A DNA stretch of 63,987 bases, the filler included, from Choristocarpus tenellus KU-1152 (taxonomy: Eukaryota > Protista > Phaeophyceae), in NCBI GenBank assembly GCA_964200185.2. It is 10 parts of 10 records of this genome, joined end to end, with 100 filler letters (N's around TTAATTAATTAA, not from the genome) between each part and the next. Parts side by side here need not be neighbours in the genome. Positions count along the whole stretch, not along the records: positions 21,157 to 32,500 come from CAXNAD020002378.1; positions 32,601 to 57,697 come from CAXNAD020000191.1; 8 more parts are not named here. The stretch is one strand, 5' to 3'. The position numbers and the translations under genes are program-made. Below the pieces are notes generated by a model. The model did no database searches and was not told the origin of the DNA. It saw nothing but the letters and a program-made list of their open reading frames with translations. Every line of letters begins with the position of its first letter. The stretch's first letter is position 1. Below, one piece after another: positions 26,077 to 40,400 of the stretch.

Positions 26077-27919
26077 CTTTTATTTTGAGTTGAATTGTGG
26101 GTTTAAATTTTGTGCGTCTTAACAGTAGGGGGGTTTCCAAACAACAACTGTCAACAAATATTTAGTTAAATGAGCCTACACAGACCATGCCAATAGAGAT
26201 ATATCAGGGGTGCAATCAGAGAGATGTCCTTTTACGTTACCCAACACATTTTTATGTATGGGGAAGTATTTCAATGTGGGATGGGGACTGACAGCGTAGG
26301 TTGACTTAACCCCTCAGCACACTTATCCAGGACTGGGGAGAGCAACATGTGGTATAGATCCTGTAGTCTCACCTCTATTATTCGTAGGGGAGAACGAGGG
26401 CTGCTCCCTGTTGAGTTTTTCTTTTTGTAGGCAACCCCACATTGCCTCGAATCTGAAGGGAAAGACTCTGGATGCATTGAGCCCTTCCTCTCTTTTCCTG
26501 TCATTCCACATACACCTCAAGGTGAGAGGAGTACACCATTTTCGAATTAAGGATGTTACAACCTTGGTCTCGAATATACCTATGAGTGAGCGTGGAATTA
26601 AGCGAAAGGGCGAAGGGAGATAAGGGAGATGGTATTTGGTGCGTGTTTGGTAGCAACAAGAGTGAGAGCAACCGACCTCCTCCTCCTCTCGCTTCAGTCG
26701 CAGCTCTCTCTCTTCGCGGAAGAGCTTGGCTGCGGCGTTTCCCCACCTCAAACGCTCGCGTTTCCTCTTCTCATCCATTCTATTTGTAACGAGAGGATAG
26801 GAAGGAGAGAGGAGAACAATCAACAGGACGTTCAGTAGGACGTCTCGACTAGGACCTTGAAACGCAAGATGGAAACTGTTTTTGTTGTACGTGTAGTGGT
26901 GTAGACAGAGAGTACATAACCCCTTACATCGATGTATAGAAAGAGGTATTGTAGTTCTCTTCCTTGAAGGTAGAAGATCGCGAAGGATCGCTTTAAATGG
27001 TGGCAGGTGTATTCATCTCTACATATACCAGTATCGTTGGTTGTCAACGAAAGCCAACATAATGTCCAAACAAATGCAACAGGGGCGGGCTGGTATAGTG
27101 GAAAGGAGGGAAGAAAAAGGATCAATATCACTTGATACAGAGTGCAGATAATTGATTTTAGCGCCAGGGAGACACAGAGGCCAGTCCACAAGACCAACAT
27201 CATCTACATTCCATCCACTGACAGACAAACCCACTCGAATCCGTTTAGGTTGACCTGTCCTACTCCAGTCTCCGATGTGGAGCATTCGACAGATTAGCGC
27301 AGCTTCTTATTATGTGTCTACACTGGGGCTATCCCCAGTAGCTGGGGCCTGCTCTGCTCCGAGCACTGAGTTCAAAGTGAGGAAAGTCTTACGGAACCAA
27401 CTGTTTCATTTCACCAAAACAAACTCGACCACCTCCTTGTTACTAAGTACATACCTTTCCAAACACATCCCTTCCCCCTCATGCACGCCCAAGGAGTCAC
27501 TACCTTTGTTTTTTCGATTTTCCTCGGCTGCATTTTGGAGCTTTTCCTCCAAGGACACCATCCCAACAACACCTCTCTCTATCTACAATTATTTGATTTA
27601 GGGGGGTTTCATTTCTCATTTCTCATTTCTATATTTCTGATATTTTTGATGTAGATCAAAAACAGATCGCAAATATATTTGATTAGTGTTACTTACTATA
27701 TGTATACGAGTGTAAGTAAAATTGAGTTGATAGTTTCCATGTTCTCAAATATTGTTGAATTTTTTTGTGAAGTGAGACTCATCTCACTTCCCCAAGCTTG
27801 CTCGCAGCGCGCATTTGCGCGATATGGTAGTCAATCAAATAGCTCCAATAAACCTACTAACCTAAAGCAAACATATCGAGGAACAATAAAAGACATGGAA
27901 ATAACTGTTCACAGAACCC

Positions 27920-29845
27920 CGAAGTAGGACTTACAAGACGCTGAAGACGCCTTGCAAACAGCTCAAATGGGTAATGGTGTCTGCCTTGCAGTTCTTTCTT
28001 GAGACCTAAACTAGGAAGATGGGAACCGAGGTGTATTCCACCACACCTGGAATGCCTCTCAGCACATCCGAAACTCAGCACATCCAGAACTAGTCTGGGC
28101 AGTTACTCAGAGAGCAAGTGTCCATCGTGGAAGGGTGAAGGACATACTTCAAGGTGCACCTTAGGACCAGTTCTGTTGATCTCAATCTTCATAGTGCTGA
28201 AGTCCTCAACTAGTTCCTCCAATACTTTGCAATCGCTAATGCACAGTGACAATCGAGGTTACTAAAGCATTTGGCAATGGGAAATGGGAAGACTATGGGC
28301 CCTGACAATCCTGCAGTTGAGCTCCTAAAAATCGGCGAACCGGAGGAATTGGGTATCATAAGATTGTCTTGGTTTTGTGGGACCAGGAAGTTGAAGTCGT
28401 GTGTCATGACCGCGAAGGATGAGGTCATCAACGTGATTCACAAGAAGGACCAGACTGACCGTGGGGACTGTAGGGGTATCCCATTGGTGACTGATTCTGA
28501 TGAAGAAATTCGTGCGGTTGTTGCACGGCACCTGAGAGACCGTAGAGCATAGAAACAGGTTTCATGAGGAACAGTGGTGTGGTTTCCGATCTTGACGCTC
28601 CACAGTGAACAATATGTATGCTGAGCGTGCCTTCCAGAGGTTGGCAAGGAACCCATGTACCCCTATCCATGCGATTTATCGACCTACGAAATGCACTTGC
28701 GATGATCATTTCTGTCCTCCATTTGATGATGGAATAAGGGCATGCGTCGTGTGGAAGATGGTGAGTGCATCGTCTGATTTGAGGTTTGTCAGGGCCTTGA
28801 GCATGAGTGTTGTGTTTCTCCCATCATCTCAATATCTTCTTCTTTGTTGTGCCAAGTGTAGCAGTTAAGAAGTTCACCTCTGACCCGGTCATCTCCAAGA
28901 TTGCAGTCATAGAAAAAATGACCAGGGGAGGAGGGGCACTAGGGATTGGGACAACTCGGGTCTCGTATGGTATGCTCTGTACTAATGATGCAGGCATTCT
29001 CTCGAGACCCAAGGAGGTTTGGCCAAGAAGATGATGGTAATTGTGAAGGTGGCCCGGTCATTCAGTGCGATCATGTCAGCACTGAAGACGGACACCATGT
29101 ATCTTCTGCCTCCTGGTCAGGCTGCAGATACCGTGGATATCCAGGTGCTGGACCAAAGGTACAAACAGATGGATCATTTTGTTTACCTTAGGGGCACCAT
29201 CAGTGACAAAGCCACGATTACCGTTGAGATGAGTTGGAGGATCCAAAAGCTTGGGGATGTTTCTGTAGATACAGCAAGGTGCTACATGACAGGACCTAAG
29301 CTGTATCACTTGAGATTGAGATTGGAATGATCAAGGCTGAGGTGCTTGAAGTTCTGTTATGTGCTTTTATGTGATGGGCACTCCACTCCACCAAGTCTAT
29401 TACCTGAAGCTTCACTCTCATCATCATATGGTCTTCCTCTATTGCATTGGATTCCGCACACAGGAATGTACTGATCGCGCCCTATCCTACAGAGATGTTC
29501 TTGTGAAGATTGGGTGCAAGATTATTGAGGCAACAGTATGCAAGCAAAGGGTCCTCTTTGTTGTGTCAGTTGCACACATAGAGGATGAGTGACTTCCTGA
29601 GGTGTTGACGATTGGGGAGCTTGCAGCAGGGAGACATAAGCAAGATGGGCAGTAGAAAATATGGTATATACGCTTCCAAGACCACCTTGAGAAGTTTGGG
29701 ATAAGGTTGACAGTTTGGGCACTATGGCCTCCGACTAGCAGAAGTTGTATGAGCTTGTGTTTGCAGGAATAATGACATTCATGGCAGAGTGGCATGCCAA
29801 GGAAGCCATGATAGCTAATGTACATTGTGCTAAAGCAGCAGGTGA
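27920..29845 (+). mobile_element. Degenerate RTE-type non-LTR retrotransposon (reverse transcriptase region)
   Basis: Frameshifted RT motifs: GNGKTMGPD, VIHKKDQTDRGDCRGIPLV, EEQWCGFR, FDDGIRACV, GMLCTNDAGILSR (YADD relic), QMDHFVYLRG, ending FMAEWHAKEA. Confidence 0.85.
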
Positions 29846-32116
29846 GGTTACCCAAATCTCCAACAACACCACTATCACTGTTGAATTCTGCCTTCTCCGT
29901 GTATTCTCCAGTTGTTGGCTATTTTTTTCTTGCATTCATTATTTTTTTTCTCTCCCTTCCATTATTTTTTATGGTAATATTTTCCCACCTATTGGTTTGG
30001 TTCTCTTCTTTTTCTTATATATATATATTTATATATATTTTCTTCTTTTTTGTTATCTCTTCGTTCACCCCCTGACTTTTATTTTACTTTCCTTGATGCC
30101 TTCTCAAGCAGTGTGTCTTGCATCCTTTGGACCGCTTTTTTGACCACGAGTCTAGGATTCCTTGGACTTATGTGATAATGGTAGTAATACCCCTCCATTT
30201 TCCATTTTTAGATTCAATAATGAAGTACAAGCAAGTAGAAGTAATGTTTCTCCTATTTTTTCTTTTTCCTACAGGGTAACGTCTGTAAGAATGTCCGTCA
30301 TAGGGTCTTAGTACTTGCATATCGACTAAATTACGCACAATCCGAGGTGATTTTTTTTTGTAGACACATATTTTTTCAGGACACCAAAACAGAATATTGC
30401 CACACTGCGTATGTTGGTAGATATGGAAGAACTGGCTCTATAGAACAATAAAATGTGGTGCAACAATAGAATTCTTCGAAAACACTGTTTATATTGTGGT
30501 AGCGGAGAACTTGCTCTATTTTGTGCAATGGCAAGTTATGCAATCGATTCACTCTCACGTGACAATGGTAGTTGGTACCAAAGAGGCGTTGTGTGGGGAC
30601 CTTGCCTTTACTTGTACCCAATGCCACACACTGGGTAGGCTCACGTTTGGCGAGGATACTCTTTCTTTTTCTCCTGAGTGTTTCCCTTTCGACATCATTC
30701 TCTTGTGTGCTTGGTTCTCTTTTGATTTGTCAAACAGAGGTACACCCTGTTTTAAGAATTACACACCGCCAGATAAACCTCTTCTATCAATACTGTCAAG
30801 TGATAATCTTCTTACATACTACTCTTTTGTCTCAGGTACAACACCTTTAATGAGCTATCGCCAAGTTTCAATAGTCAGGATGGGGTATTGCAAGGCGTTA
30901 TGAGTGGGTGAGAGGTGGGGGCTGCACCGGAGGTTGAAGAAGAGGAGAGGAAGCTCCACCAGGTAGTACCCACTGTGATGTACCAGCCTTAGGAGGAAAG
31001 AAACAATAGGGGGTGTGTGTGCCTGGAGAAACTTGTGGAGACGGTGATGGGGGATGGTGGTGAAAGGGAAGCTACGGTGCTCGAGAAGATGAAGGGGGGA
31101 GTGCACAGGAGGGAGCTCTATGGTTTGTTCCTGGGGGAAATGGGATATTAAGCTGTCCTTGACGATCTGTTGTCCCACACAACCAGTTTTATTATTGTTT
31201 ATTAGCTTTATCAGAGCTTAGAAGAGAGTGAGACACCATCACCAGATGGGGCTCACCGAACCTTACCGTAAAGGACTCAGAATACCAAATGACTCAACAG
31301 TTCTCTAGCACACGTCAGAAACACTCTGACTCTAACATTCCGCCAATTTCTTCTGATCAAGTACCAAATATCCCCGATGTCCTGCATCATTTTTTGTGCG
31401 TACATAAAATACGACTTCGAATCTTATTCTCACAAATGGTCAAGAATAATCTTGACAAGAGAAACTTCACCATGTGTTCTATCCGCACCAGGAGAAATGG
31501 CACAGGGGCAGGGGGGAGAGTTGTTTGTATGCCTATGCAAAATTTGATGTTGTCAATAATGTGCATTTCTAGCTAGCGGTTCTGTCTGTGTGAAAGTTTG
31601 ACCTCAAACGTGACCAAGAGGATATTCGACATTAGAAATATCACAACCAACTCACACAATAGCACAACGTACACACCAAGTCTTTGCATACTCTTTTCCC
31701 ACTACTACTGCCAGACACACTGCCTTGTTATGGTATCTGAGATTCTGTTACGGATATGCATTGACAGAAGGATGAGGCAGAAAAGAGTGGCCTACCCACT
31801 CAGGTGCCTTGGCCTTGGGGGAAGAGCCCTTGTGTCGCTGGCCACCTAACCCAGATCCTTGACCCTTCTTCTGGGTTACCACCCAACCTTCTCCGACACA
31901 CAATAGCTTCCCTGTTCTCTGGGATTTGGACCTCTGAAGGCGGTTTCTTGGGGTTTTTGGTAGGCATCTTGAATTTGAAAAAATATTCATTTTCCACACA
32001 ACAGATCGAGTACACTACTAGGTTAGGCATTTTTCCTCTCATTACAATCTGGAGAATAGTCAAATATTAGCCCTTGACCCAGCAGGCTCATTGTTGCCCG
32101 CTCCTCAATATGTTTT

Positions 32117-32375
32117 GAGAGAAATTATCTTAGAGGGTAGAGCTGCGTCCATTTGGGGGCCGAAATCCGATGTTGCGATTTTGATGCAATTTTGGCTATT
32201 GTGTTTACTAGGAAGTGTCAATATTCATGTTCCGGACACACCTTTACATAACATACACACTTTACCTAATCCTAAACATTTTGTAGTAGGAAAATGCCAC
32301 AAAAGAACCCATGGGAAGCCAAGCCCCAAATAGACAAACAGTGCAAAACTCGTACCCTCTAAGATACTTTCACTC
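32117..32375 (+). mobile_element. MITE family A
   Basis: Degenerate left TIR; intact right TIR AGATACTTTCACTC. Confidence 0.85.
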
Positions 32376-32430
32376 AATTTGCTTTCTTCTCTCTCAGTCA
32401 TGACCTCAACCTGAGTCACATCAGACCCTG

Positions 32431-32500
32431 GGCTCAAAGTATCTGGGAGGGGGTGGTGGCTGTCCATTTGGGGTCAATTTTTTCATGTCGCGATTTTTGG
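32431..32500 (-). mobile_element. MITE family B end (truncated by gap)
   Basis: GGCTCAAAGTATCTGGGAGGGGGTGGTGGCTGTCCATTTG. Confidence 0.8.
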
Positions 32501-34477
32501 NNNNNNNNNNNNNNNNNNNNNNNNNNNNNNNNNNNNNNNNNNNNTTAATTAATTAANNNNNNNNNNNNNNNNNNNNNNNNNNNNNNNNNNNNNNNNNNNN
32601 GGTTGACGCCGCCTCTGGTATGAAGATTGACCTCTACGTACATACGTACCGCCTCTAACATGAAAGATGATCACGAGATCGGCTCAACATAGTGACAGCG
32701 TGGTGACAGACCTTGCTTACTAAGCGTGCCAAAATTACCCGATAATAACAGTCATTAAAGTTAAAAATATATACGAAGTAAAAGCTTCGCATGTATGTAT
32801 AGTATGAAATATGTGTTCGTTCTTCTTTTTCGACTTAGTTTTTTGATGGATGTGACCTATCTATCCCTTCTTGTACAAACCATCCTCCATAGTATGCTCC
32901 ATCCTCAATTTTGGTGATTGGCTGTTAGGTGGGACATCATTTATTTCAATCAATAGCAGTATTAGTATGGAGTTGGACAATAAAGAAGAGGAGCAGAGTG
33001 GTAGCTCTAAGTGTGTGTAGTATGTAGAAAATGTACAGACAATTACCAGATGATGTCAGCCATGAAACAACATACATCCAGGCAAAGACCACAAAGGAAA
33101 AAGTACTGCACCTAAAAAAATACCATCATGCAGTAACAACTATCAGACAGAGAGAGTCATTCATCACGAACAATCGTTTTTTCTACATAAAAAAGAGTTT
33201 GTAGAGATGCAAGGCGGTAGGGAGCAACCATCGAGAGTGAGATCGGAAAGCTGAGAACGTTTAGGTCGAGTATATTATCATCCTGTAGTGGGGATGAAAC
33301 TCTTTTTGAACTCCTTCCCCTTAATCAAGTGTTACTGTTGAAATAGTCGCATGGCAACAAGAGTGAAAAGTATAAGAAGACACTCACAAGGAGAACACAA
33401 ACCAAAACCAAAAAAGAAATCAACACAAGTAACACAGACTGTGTAACTTGGGATCACAATTGCAGTTTCTCGGTCTCATGGCTGCTACGTGACCCAAGCA
33501 GTCAGTGTGTGAGGCTGGGTGACTTGCTGTCGACAGCAAACAACCCTGAAAAGAATAAAAAATACAAAAAAGCATTCAAGTGAGATACACCACCATTGAC
33601 GCACCAGTCAATGAGAGAGCTTCTACTATACTATACTGTATCCAGTGTCCCATGCAACCAGATAAAAACCCATCCATAAACTTATGTCCAAGGCAAAGGC
33701 AGCGTTGTGGGGTCTACACCCATGGTGCAGATTATCTAAAATATAGAACTATGAGTGGGTTGTGCTGCAACTTGCCATAATCGCACTACTTCATCACAGA
33801 GTATTTTATCTACTATGTTGGTACTCCTATCCAACCCGAGCATAGTCTCTTTTACTGCCATGGACCATACCAAATAGAAGAAAAACATCATATATACCTA
33901 GTAGAAATTCTTGCATTCCCTCTATAGAAGCTCTTGGCACTTCCACTGTTAATGACGTCCCATTAAAAACGAACTCGAAGAAGGTAGGTTTCATTGGGAA
34001 TGGCCATGTTGTACCATTCCCCTGTACACATTCATCAACCAAGATAGAAACTCTTTCAAAAAACAACTGACTCAACACAGGTCTGCCAGAGATAACATCT
34101 TTGAAACCCTTGACACCCTTGACTTGTCCTCAAAACTCAATTCACACAGGCACTCACAAAAAGCACAAAATTTCAAAGTGTTAACCACCAGAAGCCTATC
34201 AAGGATGCCATGCCTCCCCACCACATGTCTAACACTTCTCTGCCACATCCACCCCATGTCTTGGGGACAATCTACTGCCTGCTATCTATCTTTTCTTGGT
34301 TCAATTATCGTTATTATTATTGCTTGTCAATTCCAATTCATAAATCTTCCCTTCAGTAAGCACCATCACCTTGATACAAACAATAAGAAGGACCATCATG
34401 GTGTATGCATTTCATCACTTCCCCCTCTTGAGAGAACCACCACCCAGTGGAACAGGTGGGTTTCCAAGCTTGTTGGT

Positions 34478-37400
34478 CTAGTGCTGAGTCTTGGGTGTAG
34501 TGCCAACAAAACGCTTGCTGTCATCCACAAGGCTCCTCACGCTCTCAACAAGATCAGGATAGCTACAGAATAAGGGGTGGACACACACATCAGAACATAC
34601 ATAACAAAGTTGATGCTGAGGTCAGAGAGAGAGTGGTGAATGGCTTGCCAACAAAAATAATAATATTCTGTACACATAGGGTGTGAAAGTTACCTCTTGT
34701 TGGACTTCATACAAAAATATATATATAAAAAGGGAAGTAGTCCAGTACAAAATGTGTTGCAATACGATAGTATGTTAATGCATGCACTACTACTCACCTA
34801 AGTCCTGCAAGGCGAACAAGACGCGCCTCCACTTTGCCAGGCCTTGGCTGACTCTCCAGGTAGTTGTGGGCAACCTGGGTGTTGAAGAGAAACGTTCAAA
34901 CCAGAAAAAATAACATCCTTAGTATGTTCAGACCAACACAAACAAACACTACAATGACTAATGACTATGAATGACAAATGATTACTATTGCAAACACTTA
35001 TGAGACTAATGTCCACTTATCTCAGGACTATTGTATCGCATGAGATTATCACAAATTGAAAAATGACAAGTCCTTTATACCAATGGTCACATAGCACAAG
35101 TTCTCATGTCATTAGAACAGCACTAAAGTGATTATTATTATAATTATTATTACTATTATACACCTTGAGACGGGTATTCCATCGGTTTGCAACTCCGCCT
35201 GCCAATACTCTCCCAGTAGTGTCTTTCACAGTGTCAAACCGCTTCAGGGACTTGCTCGCATAGTCCAGTAGTATTCCACACACCTGCACATAACACATAA
35301 CATGTAACACACAGGCACACAAAGTAGGTGAGAAGAGTTGGAATGAATCAATCCGCAATGTACTCTAAATAATACAGTTGATTAATGATTATTGATTAAT
35401 GATTAATGGTGTAGACATCAGTTTTGATTAGTATCTTTATTGCTGTATTAGTACTGGGTTCACCGATAATCCTCATAAATAAAATAGGAATGACAACAAA
35501 AATGGCGAGGTTTCCACAGATACTCCTTGTACCATTAACCCCAATAAAAAAGGTGATAACACCCACATGAGATGTAAACATAAACAACAGGAGTAACAAA
35601 AAACAACCCTAACCCTAACCCTTGTCACATCACAAGGACAGGATACCACACCATGTTCTTAAATTAAATAAAATATAACAATTGTAGTAATAGCTTGAAT
35701 CTACAACTCACAGCCATCAGCACTTACAAACATAAGGTAAGATAAGCAACTGATTCAATTCACCAGTCAAATTTGAATGAGACATAATAAGCAATGGATA
35801 CTTTACTACACCCACACTCTCATTTCATAATATAAATAATACAACTGAACCATTGTGTAAGACCAAAACATTGGTTAACATGTTAAAAATAAAATACTCA
35901 AGGGGGAAACAATTCCAAACTTAGGGTTAGGGTTAGGATCAATAGTTACCACCATCACGTACACCAATAGTGGATTTGTCACACCTATTAATAGATACAC
36001 TAGCAGTAGATATTAGTAGTAGATCCAGTGAAGAGGACACCTCACCTCATCATCAGTGGTTACACCATGTGCATGTCGAATAACCTCTATGTCATGTTCC
36101 CAAAGAATCAACAGCAGGCGGGCAACTGCCCAGTTCCATATTTGTGCCTGTGTTACATTACACATAATACACACCGGTTGGACAAGCGGGATCAGTTAGT
36201 CATCAGTGCACCCCCAAGAAATGCTACCCACTAACCATAACCCTAGTACCTCCTGAATGAAGAATGTAACAGTCCATAGACCTCTCTAGAGGTTTTCTGG
36301 GGTTTTAAGGTGACTTCACTATATTAGATGGTAACACATTGACCAATCAGTACACAGTACAACACACCAAATCGGATTGGAACCATTCTCACATGGGCAA
36401 ACACTTTGGGTGTAAACAGAGTGAACAACATCAATATCAACAAACAAGGCTATTAGTGTAGTAACACAGTTTCAGATAATCTTGTGAGTTACACCTGGCG
36501 GTACCAATGGTGTGTCTCTCTCTCAATGCTGCCATCTATCAAATGGGTTAGGGTTAAGGTACCTGTAAAATACAGCGATTCATTTATCAAAAATGTTCTT
36601 ACTACAAAATGCAAGAGATCACTATGGTAGTGTCTAAGTAGGGTATACCTGCAAATCAGCGGGAGCATCTTTGTGTGTCAAAAGAGGATGGTCACCGGGA
36701 TGGTCACCTTCCTCCTCCCTGAATGGGTTTATTTGATTATTTGATGTAAGGGTTAGGGATAGGACCAGGGTTAAAAAAATCAGTACAAAGAACTTGCTCG
36801 CATGATCCTCATACTGAACTTGGTGCTGAAAAGATGCTGAACTTATAAAGTACCAACTTTATACTTCAGAGTACCAATGTAGTACTTAACATAGGTACAC
36901 ACATAGACAAGAAGATGATCAGCATCACAGCACAAGATCAAACTTCAAACATCTTCATGAAGCTGAAGGGTTATGTTACATGTACCATCATACACTACCT
37001 AGTACTTACCACTATCAACAATACCAGTACCAATACCAATAATAATAATGATAATAATAAAAATACCAGTACCAATAATAATAATAATAATACCAGACCA
37101 ATACCAATACCCATACCTGGCATTTGCAAGTATCAATAACAATACCAATAATAATAATAATAACAATAACACTAACACATACCAATAATAATAATAACAC
37201 ATACCAATAACAATTCCAATAATAATAATAACAATAACAGTAACACATACCGATACCAATACAAAGTACAAAACAAGTGTCACTTAATTCAAGTGTTAGA
37301 TAAACTCTTCAAGAAGGGGTTCAGTTTTGACCCTTCTGAGTTTTGAAACCATTTTGAACCATGCACAATATACATATTCAGTATACAATGTAGACCATAC

Positions 37401-40400
37401 CCATACACAAAAAGTTAACACCTCTTTACCTTAGGAGTGTCCGTAGAAGAATAGCAATGATACAGCAATGATATGTAACCATTTGGTAGCAAAAAGCAGC
37501 CTTCAGAGTGCTCAAAGCACATACACCACATGGTCAGTCATAGGGCCCCTTATAAATAAATGATAACCTTTTTGACCTGGTACCACTCCGCTCACTATCA
37601 AACCCTAACTCTATCAGAAACACTTTACAAACTCTAGACAGAAATATGCCATAGGTAAGGTAAGGTAAGGTAAGGCAAGGAACTTCTTAGGAAAAAAACA
37701 TATAGTCAGGTCAAGTAGAGAGGGGGTGAGGGAGGAATGGTGACTATAGTATACCTGCAGAGAGTCATGAAGGCAAGTGTGGTGTGCATTCCATTAACCA
37801 TGGTGATCTTTCTTCTACAGAAGTAGTTAGCTTCACCATATGTCATTGGAACCTTCACATTAGAACCAGCAAAAGCTGGGAGAGGGGCTGTGGGTGGGGG
37901 CTGCAGAATAACCACCTGTCGTATGACATCATAATGACATCAGAGCATCATGACATGGACATGGACATGAGAACGCCAAGGGCAGCATGCATTGCAAGAG
38001 TCAAGTTAGGGTTAGGGTTTAGAAAGGAGAGAAAGCTGTTAGTCAATAGTGTGTTGGGTTTAGGGTTAAAGTTGTATTTCGTATCATACATATCATTGGC
38101 ATGCCAGGTTAGTTTAGGGCCAAGTCTTATTTCTTGTTTGCAGCAAAAATAAGGCTAACTGTTGATTCCTCAACACAGAGGTGTTTCCCTCTACACTCCA
38201 TCATCCTAGCTCAAGGTCTATTTATAGTTTTTCATCTCACCTCTCCAACGTGAGGCTCAGCGAACACCTTGATGTTGGCTCCTTCCACCTCCCTGCCTGT
38301 ACAGATCCTGTCCACCTTCATTTGACATCATTCATTGGTCAGCAACAAAAACCAAATACCACACACAAGAAATCTAGTCAACTATTAATACCTATGTCTT
38401 GTCTCACTATAAGCAGATACAGTGTTCACTACAATCTGGTCACATAAAGTTAAATACATTAAATAAAGTTAAAACTAATACAGTACGTACCATGCAGGTT
38501 CACTACAATCTGGTCACATAAAGTTAAATACATTAAATAAAGTTAAAACTAATACAGTACGTACCATGCAGGTTCACTACAATCTGGTCACATAAAGTTA
38601 AATACATTAAATAAAGTTAAGACTAATACAGTACGTACCATGCAGGTTCACTACAATCTGGTCACATAAAGTTAAATACATTAAATAAAGTTTAAACTAA
38701 TACAGTACGTACCATGCAGGTGACTACCTTGGCTTTCTTCTCCAACTTCTCTCCCAGCTCTTCAACCATCCTGCACACACCATCATTGTTGAATGAGGGA
38801 GGAAACAATGATGTCAATGGATTACATGGATGGTATCAACATCCATCATCAATCAACATCCATCATCAATACAGTGATTCCTTGCGTCACGGTTTGTACA
38901 CTTGTACACAAACTTGAGAAGCACAACTGTGTAGTCAACTCAATGCAAACCAGGTCATGATCTATTCACCCCATGTGTCAATTAATAGTACTTCATACAC
39001 ACTATGAACACACAGTATTACTTGACAAGATTGATAACATGATAGATAACACAGGAGTGTAATCAACAGCATAATTAACATAATAAATTCATACGCACCC
39101 TTTTTCACAACAATACTTGGGAAGAACTAACCCCAACCCTACCCTAACACATTTCCACCTACCCATGGTCGTTTTCGCATCCATAGATGTACTTCATAGT
39201 CTCCTCAGATACTTCATCCGGGAAATGTGGCAAAATGACTCTGTGCATCACCTGTAAACAGAAAAGCATACAGTTGTAATATTAATCGTCCAATCAAAAC
39301 ACACCCTCAGTGAACAAACACTCACGTTTACAGTTACAGTTTTAATCGTCCAATCAAAACACAACCTTAGTGAACAAAAACACAGTTAGTGAACAAAGAC
39401 TCACTTAGTGAACAAACACACACTTAGTGAACACTCACGTGCCAGGAACTGCCTCACCGCTGTAGTATTACTGTACTACTATATTAGTATTACTTACAAA
39501 CTTGTAAGACTAGCCAATTAGATTTGATTGCCATTATGGATCATTTGCTACCATCTTACTAGTACATAGTTAACATCATTAGTATTACTTACATCTATCT
39601 CTATCATCTCTCTCATCCTCCCTCTATCCCTCTATCTCTTTCATCCTCCCTCTATCCCTCTATCCCTATCCCTAACCCTCTCTGTGGCATGTGACCTTCG
39701 TGGTGGTGCTCATGACTGCCACAGCGTAGTATATATCCTAGCATATATCTATATAGCACACACATATATAGTATATATCCTAGCATATATATATATAGCA
39801 CACATATATATAGCATATATCCTAGCATATATTTATGGCATATATCTTAAAAACACCTCTTCTGGTGCAATCACTACTAATTCACAACTGTTTAAGCACT
39901 GCCTGAAGCTTGTTACATGCATATTCCTCCATGTTCCTCCATGTTCAACAAATAATTTTACATATTGTGTACAAAGCAATGACTGCACTACACTCCAGTG
40001 TTAATTAAAGTTACCACAACTTATGCTAATAGTTAGATGTTGAAGTACATCTCACCGGTCCAAGAGAAGTTGTTATCGTATCGGCCATGGCCAACACCTT
40101 CCCCTGCAGAACTGGATCTATTGAGCACACAAACACCTTTGTTCCTGGAGCATGAAGGTCTTCCGGCAGCTGCTCCACACTTGTCACGAGCTTAACCCCC
40201 TCCAGAGATGACTTAAACCATTGAGGAAAGGCATGGGCAAGGATGAAACATGATGGGATCCCAGAAATGTGGTCATAACAAGAGGATGGGACAATCAATA
40301 GAGCTACTTGAACATTCCATTAAAAAAATATATACTCTCCCCGTAAGTTGTCACACCTTAAGTAGTCATGCCTTAAATAGTCATATTGTTGTGCACTATT

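Noticed and set aside
36915-37283. Low-complexity ORFs (poly-N/Y/I; also RVRV/LGLG and poly-P/G ORFs elsewhere)
   Set aside because: Translations of microsatellite, telomere-type or homopolymer tracts.
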